Made by a program: the position numbers and the translations under genes. A DNA stretch of 64,000 bases, taken from IMG/VR virus record IMGVR_UViG_3300043436_004687, positions 62,001-126,000 of that record; one strand, given 5' to 3'. Each line of letters begins with the position of its first letter. The first letter of the stretch is position 1. Shown piece after piece: positions 57,898-64,000 of the stretch. The notes beneath the pieces are model-generated. The model searched no databases. It saw nothing but the letters and a program-made list of their open reading frames with translations, and had not been told where the DNA came from.

Positions 57898-58473
57898 TTA
57901 TTTTAGTTCATCAGGTAAAAAACCTATTTTTTTTATTATTTCACTGGGGTCAAATTCAATATCTATAATAGTATCATATTTCACACATTTACCACCAAAA
58001 TTTGCTGGTGATGATGTGATTATATTAAGCCCACTTAACTTATCAAATGAAATAAAATTACCTTCTCCAAAACAAAGAAAATTATTTATACTCAACCATT
58101 TTAATGAATAAGATCTTTGTTTCACATCTTCACCATGAAAACTAACATCCGTATTAATTTTATCATCTAACTTTAAAAGTCTATCAAAATCAACATCTTT
58201 TTTTTCATTATCAAACCAACTTTTCATTAATTGTCTTTGATAATTCACATCCATTATATTTTCAACCCCAGCTCCAGTTATCTCAATTAGCTCACCATTT
58301 TTATCTGTTTTAACTGGTGTATAAATAACCGTAATATTTTCTTTATTTATATTATATTTTTTAGAAAAATCATTTCTAATTTTTAATTTAGCTTCTCTAG
58401 AATAATTTTCTGTTTTATCAGACCATTGTACTTTTACCTTTGCATTAGGTGGAACCATTAATTTATCTTTCAT
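57898..58473 (-). CDS. sbcC: SbcC/gp46 N-extein (162 aa) plus a 29-aa split intein N-part
   Basis: LSINNFLCFG, then NFGGK|CVKYDTII (intein block A) and a stop 29 aa later. Confidence 0.9.
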   Translation of the reverse strand: MKDKLMVPPNAKVKVQWSDKTENYSREAKLKIRNDFSKKYNINKENITVIYTPVKTDKNGELIEITGAGVENIMDVNYQRQLMKSWFDNEKKDVDFDRLLKLDDKINTDVSFHGEDVKQRSYSLKWLSINNFLCFGEGNFISFDKLSGLNIITSSPANFGGKCVKYDTIIDIEFDPSEIIKKIGFLPDELK

Positions 58474-58485
58474 TAATTTAATATT

Positions 58486-58680
58486 TTATTTATTTATCTT
58501 TTTTTCCCAAATTTTATAACCTTCATTATAACAAAAATTATGAAATTCATCACTTTGATTTACTATCCAACTCCCATTATCTAATTTAATTGAACCACCA
58601 TTTTTATTTATGTACCAACTAATAAAATCATTATTTGATGAAAATAAACGCATGCAAAAGTATTTTAAATATTTACTCAT
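58486..58680 (-). CDS. hypothetical protein
   Basis: 64-aa ORF. Confidence 0.6.
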   Translation of the reverse strand: MSKYLKYFCMRLFSSNNDFISWYINKNGGSIKLDNGSWIVNQSDEFHNFCYNEGYKIWEKKINK

Positions 58681-58858
58681 CTTTTTCTATTTTAAAACCA
58701 CAAGATTCACACTTACCATATTTTTCGGAACATTCTAAGCATATTTTATCACAAGGGATATGTGCAGTAGATACTTCTGTATCACACAATTCACATTTAC
58801 CATAAGAAAATGCATGTAATACTATTTTATTTTTACAAGAGCTGCAATAGTTACTCAT
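58673..58858 (-). CDS. small Cys-rich zinc-finger protein
   Basis: Four CxxC-type pairs. Confidence 0.65.
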   Translation of the reverse strand: MSNYCSSCKNKIVLHAFSYGKCELCDTEVSTAHIPCDKICLECSEKYGKCESCGFKIEKDE

Positions 58859-59064
58859 TATTTAATTTCATATTTAATAACATCAAATATTGGTTCGAAT
58901 TTTGATGTTTCCTTATTTAACTTTAAAGCCATATATGTACCCGCTGGACCATCATTTATATATCCAGGTATGTAATAATTAATATAATACATAGAATTAT
59001 TACTATCTTCAATAAAACAATATTTATAATAAAGTTTAGCTATGACATTCTTAATAACTTTCAT
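58858..59064 (-). CDS. hypothetical protein
   Basis: 68-aa ORF. Confidence 0.55.
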   Translation of the reverse strand: MKVIKNVIAKLYYKYCFIEDSNNSMYYINYYIPGYINDGPAGTYMALKLNKETSKFEPIFDVIKYEIK

Positions 59065-59065
59065 A

Positions 59066-59290
59066 TTATTTATTGGTTAGGATTTCTTTATTATTTTCAA
59101 TATCCTCAACAGATTTAACCTTAAAATTATAAAAACCAAAGTTTGTTTCTATATTATGTTCAGTAAATTCTCTACTTTCAACATCCCAACTTAAAAACCC
59201 ATGATTACCAACAGATTCCCCAAAATTGTTTTGTAAAAGACTACCGCTAAAACAAATAGGTGTTAATTTTTTTATTTTAATTTTTTTCAT
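59066..59290 (-). CDS. sbcD: C-terminal fragment of the SbcD/gp47-like nuclease
   Basis: ICFSGSLLQNNFGE..HGFL.WD matches the Y.GS..Q..FGE segment that follows GDIH in Mre11/SbcD. Confidence 0.85.
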   Translation of the reverse strand: MKKIKIKKLTPICFSGSLLQNNFGESVGNHGFLSWDVESREFTEHNIETNFGFYNFKVKSVEDIENNKEILTNK

Positions 59291-59294
59291 ATTT

Positions 59295-60149
59295 TTATAC
59301 TGTTAAATTATTAAACCAATTAATAACTTCTTTATTTTTATTATCATAACCCATAAAATTAATTTTATATCTAATATTTAAACTATTGAAATAAAGTAAA
59401 GAAGCCTCACATTTTAATTTAAAATTATTAATATTAATTATATAACCTTTTACTTCTTCCATTATTTTAGTACCATCTTTATTAATAATTAAAAAATCTG
59501 GTAAATATCTTTTTACTTTATTATCTTCAATATATTTAATTACATGACCATGTTTTTTTGTCCAAAAAATAACCTCATCATCTAAATCTAATTCATTCAT
59601 CCTTTTCTCTTCAAAAGATGAATGATAATATTCTTTAACATTTGTTTTTTTATTATCATAATACCCTCTTTTAAAATTATTTGAACCAATAACCCCATTT
59701 TCAGATATTCGTTTAATATTAGCTATTGAAATTTTATTTCTAAATTCATCATTTTGAAAATCAAAACTACCATCTTCAGTTCTATGCCTATCTAAGAATG
59801 CTAAATGTTTCACTAATCTTTCAGGAGTTTCCCAACTTTCTGTTATTTTTTTACTTATTAACAACCTCATATCAGCATTATGGAAACCCCATTTATTTTC
59901 TCTACCAAAATTACCATTATTTTCACCTAACTGATAATATTTTTGCCAATTTATTTGACAACTTATTGAACAAAATTTACGTTTAGCTGTGATTGTGGTT
60001 TCAAATATATTAGTACAACCAGTGTATTCACATTGTTTATTAATTCTTTCTAATTTTTTATTAGATTGCCCACAAATTCTGGAACAATATTTTTGTTTTG
60101 TTTTATAAGTTTTAAATTCTAATTTACAAGATTCACAAGTTTTTATCAT
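59295..60149 (-). CDS. free-standing endonuclease: Cys/Zn repeats plus a TnsA-like PD-(D/E)XK domain; start reassigned to MIKTC
   Basis: C..C...KYCS..C twice; S.FE, Y.PDF, EVKG; TATTTATA motif lies inside the longer ORF-track extension. Confidence 0.75.
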   Translation of the reverse strand: MIKTCESCKLEFKTYKTKQKYCSRICGQSNKKLERINKQCEYTGCTNIFETTITAKRKFCSISCQINWQKYYQLGENNGNFGRENKWGFHNADMRLLISKKITESWETPERLVKHLAFLDRHRTEDGSFDFQNDEFRNKISIANIKRISENGVIGSNNFKRGYYDNKKTNVKEYYHSSFEEKRMNELDLDDEVIFWTKKHGHVIKYIEDNKVKRYLPDFLIINKDGTKIMEEVKGYIININNFKLKCEASLLYFNSLNIRYKINFMGYDNKNKEVINWFNNLTV

Positions 60150-60195
60150 ATTTATATCTTTATTTATAAATATCACCAAAAAAAACTAAATCACA

Positions 60196-60882
60196 TTAAT
60201 TATCAATTAACCACCCATCTTTTATATATTGTTTTAACTCATTTTCATCAATTTCTTTAGTTTGTTTATAATAAAAATTTTGCCTTTTATGAATATCACC
60301 AAGCATTACGATATCACAACCCTCAAAATGTTCTAATGAAGTTGCGTGCTCAAATTCATAACCAATATCTGTTTTTGCACCTAATATTGGCCCATGAAAA
60401 AGTCCTATTGTAGTATATTCACCCTTATTATTAATTTTAAAAGCTTCAATATCTGGTCTTTCATTATCCTGAAAAATGGAATAATTTGCCCAGATAATAT
60501 TATCATCCAAATAACATTCACTATCTTTAAAATAAGAAATGTTTGGGTTGTTTAATAATTTAACCATGGGAGTGATAGAATCCATTCTATCTTTATTATT
60601 TAGATTTAAATCATGGTTACCAGCCACTATTATAAGTGGCGCAATATCAGAGAGTTTTTTTAAAAATTGAGTACATATTGTTAATTGTTCATTGGAGATT
60701 ATTGTCTTGCTATGTACCAGATCACCAACTAAAGCAATTCTAACTTCACTATATTCATACCCCACCATTAATTCTTTTAATTTAAGATATAAATCATCAA
60801 ATACTTCTTGAAACTCTTTATGTAAGACATAGGTTCTGATATGGATATCACTAATGTGAAAAATTAATTTTACTTTATTCAT
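60196..60882 (-). CDS. sbcD: N-terminal fragment of the SbcD/gp47-like nuclease
   Basis: SDIH, GDLVH, GNHD, FHG, GDIH motifs; stops before the GS..Q..FGE segment. Confidence 0.9.
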   Translation of the reverse strand: MNKVKLIFHISDIHIRTYVLHKEFQEVFDDLYLKLKELMVGYEYSEVRIALVGDLVHSKTIISNEQLTICTQFLKKLSDIAPLIIVAGNHDLNLNNKDRMDSITPMVKLLNNPNISYFKDSECYLDDNIIWANYSIFQDNERPDIEAFKINNKGEYTTIGLFHGPILGAKTDIGYEFEHATSLEHFEGCDIVMLGDIHKRQNFYYKQTKEIDENELKQYIKDGWLIDN

Positions 60883-60951
60883 TTAATATTATTTATTGCA
60901 AATATAAATTCAAAACTAATAAGTTGCAACTATTTATAGTAAAATAATAGA

Positions 60952-61443
60952 ATGAAAGAATTTATATTAAATAAACTAAGAGAGAATTTATTAAAAGAGT
61001 CTGTAGACACTAAAAAGTTGTTAGATTTAGCCTTAAAAAGTTCGTTTGAAAGTGAAAGTTTAGCTAAAAATTATATCACAAAATCAATAAAAGAATTAAA
61101 TAACTTACCTGATATAATTACATTATATAGGGTTATATTTGCTAAAGATAAAAATTCAATAAATCAAAAAGAAATTGGTAGTCATTATGTGATGAATAGA
61201 AGACAATTAGAACAAAGTCATCAATTTATTAGTCATGTGGGTGGTGGGACTCCATTTATGTTAACAGTAAAGGCACCAAAATCATTAATTGATTTGGAAA
61301 CTACGTTGGAGAACAAAGTAATGTACCCACATGAAAATGAAATAACTTTAAAGAATAAAGGTGTTGGTGCTAAGATAATTAGGATTGACTCATTTCAAGC
61401 GGAAGAAGATGGATTTGATGGATTTGATCCTTATGATTATTAA
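60952..61443 (+). CDS. hypothetical protein with ADP-ribosyltransferase-like motifs
   Basis: LYR ... GSH ... ENE spacing (R-S-ExE). Confidence 0.45.
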   Translation: MKEFILNKLRENLLKESVDTKKLLDLALKSSFESESLAKNYITKSIKELNNLPDIITLYRVIFAKDKNSINQKEIGSHYVMNRRQLEQSHQFISHVGGGTPFMLTVKAPKSLIDLETTLENKVMYPHENEITLKNKGVGAKIIRIDSFQAEEDGFDGFDPYDY

Positions 61444-62390
61444 ATTCTACTTTCTTTAAGTTTATGTGCCGTTTTTAAGACATTATAAACCCCCCTTTTT
61501 GATTGTTTTTGGTGAATTAATGATAAGTCCCAATCTTCACCTAATTTAACGATTCTAACCCTATTATATAAATTTAAAGTATTTAATTGTTTATATAATC
61601 TAACAGCATCTTTATAAGCATCACCATCAAACACAATTACAACTAAACCAGTTGCTTTATATTGTAAGTCGTAAAATAATTTTTCAGAAACCATTTTACC
61701 CAAATTTATTATTGGGTTAGGGCAAACTATCCCATCGAATGCACCCTCAACAAGATATATCGTTGCATCCCAATTAATCATTGATTCATTAAAATGAATG
61801 AGTGTTTTTTTAAATTCTGGGTTTAAATATTTAGGTTTACCCCACTTTAAAAAAGTTCTTGCAATAAAAAAATCTAATTCGTTATTTAAATTATATGATG
61901 GAATTATAATTCTATTTGCAAATTTACCTATTGTGGTAAAACCAATTTTATATTTTTCTATTATATCTGGGGTAATATTCCTAATTTTTAAATAAGTCAT
62001 AGCTTCTTTATATTTTGGAATATTGGGGTTGCAGTTAATTAATGGAGTATAACCCTCTGGTAAAGAAATTACTTCAGAAATTAGTGGTATATTATCTTCT
62101 GTTTTGTAAATTGGGTTTACTAGGGAATAATCTTTTAAGTTTTGTGATGTCCCAAATCTTTTTATTAACTTAGGTAATGAACCACCCATATTATCAGTAT
62201 CATAACAAGACCAACATCTAAATTTATTTTTAATGTAATTTACTTCTAAATTATGTTTACCATCACCTTTTGTTAGACCCTTATTAAATGCACATGCTGG
62301 GCAATCATATTGCAATTGCCCAGAATCCTCATTATGATAATGAGGTTCACCTAAAAAACTATCTAATATATTTACAATTAAATGTGACAT
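61440..62390 (-). CDS. DnaG-type DNA primase (zinc finger + TOPRIM)
   Basis: CPAC..CWSC, RIIIP, YLVEG.FD, FDGDA. Confidence 0.85.
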   Translation of the reverse strand: MSHLIVNILDSFLGEPHYHNEDSGQLQYDCPACAFNKGLTKGDGKHNLEVNYIKNKFRCWSCYDTDNMGGSLPKLIKRFGTSQNLKDYSLVNPIYKTEDNIPLISEVISLPEGYTPLINCNPNIPKYKEAMTYLKIRNITPDIIEKYKIGFTTIGKFANRIIIPSYNLNNELDFFIARTFLKWGKPKYLNPEFKKTLIHFNESMINWDATIYLVEGAFDGIVCPNPIINLGKMVSEKLFYDLQYKATGLVVIVFDGDAYKDAVRLYKQLNTLNLYNRVRIVKLGEDWDLSLIHQKQSKRGVYNVLKTAHKLKESRI

Positions 62391-62489
62391 TTTATTATAT
62401 TTTATTCGGAATGTATTACGTATATTCCGATCTTAATGGTGTTAAGTGTTTATTTTATTGGTGTTGATGAGTGTGTTTACATATAGGTG

Positions 62490-62669
62490 TTATACGTCAG
62501 TTTGCTTAATCAAGCCTTTTGGCATATAACATTTAGTGCAATACAAATCACCGAAGCGTGGATGAACAGCAAACTCGTGGTCGCAAACCGAACGTATAAC
62601 ATTGGTTTGTGGCAAGTGCGGTTTCTGAGGTTTAACCAACTTTAGTGCTTCTAATAATCTTCGTATCAT
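62490..62669 (-). CDS. 59-aa zinc-ribbon-like protein starting inside the hairpin element
   Basis: MIRRLL...VCDHEF...YCTKC...DV; below the ORF-track cutoff. Confidence 0.55.
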   Translation of the reverse strand: MIRRLLEALKLVKPQKPHLPQTNVIRSVCDHEFAVHPRFGDLYCTKCYMPKGLIKQTDV

Positions 62670-62729
62670 AATTTAAGTTTTGTACTTTTAATTCCGCACC
62701 TGACCACAAGCCAAGTGCCGTTAGCAGTC
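62593..62729 (-). repeat. attC-like / Flavo-1-like long imperfect hairpin
   Basis: CTAAC..TTGGCTTGTGG-T-CAGGTGCGG...CCGCACTTG-CCACAAACCAAT-GTTA; upstream stop codon lies within CTAAC. Confidence 0.6.
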
Positions 62730-63041
62730 ATTGCGCAACAACTTAATGTCTTTAACTAGGTTTACAACTGTTTTCATCCAATCTTCTTTAAGTATTCCTG
62801 CATCATATTTTAACACAAATTCTGCATTCTCTATCATGTTATCTAATTCTGCAATATTATAATGCAACGAACTACTAACAGCATTTTCATACAATTTCAA
62901 GGCTTGGTAGTTTTTAGCAAACTGAATTACTAAATCAATTGCTTTTGAAAGTTCTTTTGGTTCAGCCATTGTAACTTCTTCTGAACCTTTTCGCCATTTA
63001 TTATGGTTTTTTAAAATTTTTATTGCTTTTTGAATTTTCAT
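62721..63041 (-). CDS. hypothetical protein
   Basis: 106-aa ORF ending in the hairpin's TAAC. Confidence 0.7.
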   Translation of the reverse strand: MKIQKAIKILKNHNKWRKGSEEVTMAEPKELSKAIDLVIQFAKNYQALKLYENAVSSSLHYNIAELDNMIENAEFVLKYDAGILKEDWMKTVVNLVKDIKLLRNDC

Positions 63042-63087
63042 AATTTTTGTGATTTTTAGTGATTAATATTTGCAACTGTCTATAACC

Positions 63088-63279
63088 TCAATCGTTATCC
63101 CATATATCACCTATACTTTCAAATATCCATCCTAAACAATCCCCAAACCAATCTAATAGCATTAGTTCTATTAGAAAGTTTATAAATCCTGTGTATGGTG
63201 CAAACATCACCCTGATAATTCCGATTAGGATAATTATTCCAAGTATCATTAACCCTATTGTCATTAAAATTTCCATCAC
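63088..63279 (-). CDS. small membrane protein
   Basis: Hydrophobic 63-aa ORF. Confidence 0.6.
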   Translation of the reverse strand: MMEILMTIGLMILGIIILIGIIRVMFAPYTGFINFLIELMLLDWFGDCLGWIFESIGDIWDND

Positions 63280-63323
63280 TAAAATAAGTTTTTAATTTGG
63301 TTTTACATTAATAAGTTTGGATT

Positions 63324-63482
63324 TTAATTCCCTCTAATTTGCACATCTTTTAAGGAATGTAAACATTGTTCTAACCAATCTTCACCATATTTTTCACCCA
63401 TCGAGATTTCTATCCATTGTTTACCGCAAATCTTTTTATGGTTAAATAAAAAGTTAAATATTGTTTTTAAAGTATTTTTCAT
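63324..63482 (-). CDS. hypothetical protein (start reassigned to MKNTLK)
   Basis: Promoter TTTG-19 nt-TATATTTG at 63499..63529 lies inside the longer ORF-track extension. Confidence 0.55.
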   Translation of the reverse strand: MKNTLKTIFNFLFNHKKICGKQWIEISMGEKYGEDWLEQCLHSLKDVQIRGN

Positions 63483-63526
63483 AATTAAATAATTTATGCA
63501 AATATATAAAAATAATTCTAATAAAC

Positions 63527-63560
63527 AAAAAAAATCCACTAATATTACATTAGTGGATTT
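63527..63560 (-). terminator. terminator-like hairpin
   Basis: AAATCCACTAAT/ATTAGTGGATTT followed by a T-run. Confidence 0.7.
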
Positions 63561-63585
63561 AAATATAGAGTTAAATTAGATTATA

Positions 63586-64000
63586 TTACTTCCATTTTCC
63601 AATTTTTTTCATTTGACCAAGCACAACACAATAAGCATCTGATTGATCATAATTTTCTTTCTTTAATTTATTATTTTTATCATAAGACCAATTAATTAAA
63701 GGTTCCAAATCAGCAACAAGATTATATACAACTTCTTTTTTATCAACATCCCATTTATATTCACCAAACAAAGTTGGTTTCATTTTACTTCTCTCTTTAT
63801 CAGTATATAATTCATTTTTTTTATTATATTTTCTAATTTGCATAAGTTCTGGAAAGCCAAAAGCCCTAGCATCATATGAGCTAATATATTCTGGAACAAT
63901 ACCTAATAATTTATAAACTGAATTTGATACAAGTGTATTAAACCTAATTAAAATTTCAACAGTATAAACATTATTAGACCTCAATAAAGGTTCTTCTATA
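63586..64000 (-). CDS. RuvC-like Holliday junction resolvase, 5' end beyond the window
   Basis: Frame is open to the edge: IEEPLLRSNN..L.RFN; C-terminal D..DAY. Confidence 0.7.
   Translation of the reverse strand, partial: IEEPLLRSNNVYTVEILIRFNTLVSNSVYKLLGIVPEYISSYDARAFGFPELMQIRKYNKKNELYTDKERSKMKPTLFGEYKWDVDKKEVVYNLVADLEPLINWSYDKNNKLKKENYDQSDAYCVVLGQMKKIGKWK

Noticed and set aside
59291-60195. Group I intron carrying the endonuclease inside sbcD
   Set aside because: Non-coding flanks are only 4 and 46 nt and no P7-like elements were seen.

Overview
A 64 kb, very AT-rich, gene-dense fragment of a large (jumbo-type) dsDNA bacteriophage, coded mostly on the minus strand. Recurrent TAnnTTTG (-7) and TTTG (-33) promoters with 19-21 nt spacers point to a Bacteroidota host. 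Replication and recombination genes: ATP-dependent DNA ligase, primase, SbcC/SbcD (gp46/gp47-like) and a RuvC-like resolvase cut by the window end. Other recognisable genes: a sigma70-family factor, DnaJ, two DNA methyltransferases (one with an in-frame stop), nucleotide-metabolism and candidate counter-defence enzymes, 8 tRNAs, and a large tRNA/RNA-repair kit (Thg1-like, CCA-adding, kinase-2H phosphodiesterase, RlaP-like, Trbp111-like, Pth2-like). Mobile DNA is abundant: six TnpB genes (one in a complete IS607) and several free-standing homing endonucleases. The strongest finding is an sbcC gene fractured by a naturally and atypically split intein (29-aa IntN, about 125-aa IntC) with a Vsr-like endonuclease between the halves. 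The neighbouring sbcD is also fractured, but without an intein. Other leads: a shared AACTTTT-N13-15-TATTTATA motif upstream of all six TnpB cassettes, a Leu/Cys-rich leader peptide plus terminator ahead of tRNA-Cys/tRNA-Leu, capsid-targeting-like N-termini on enzymes, and an attC-like hairpin. All calls come from reading motifs by eye; no database search was run.
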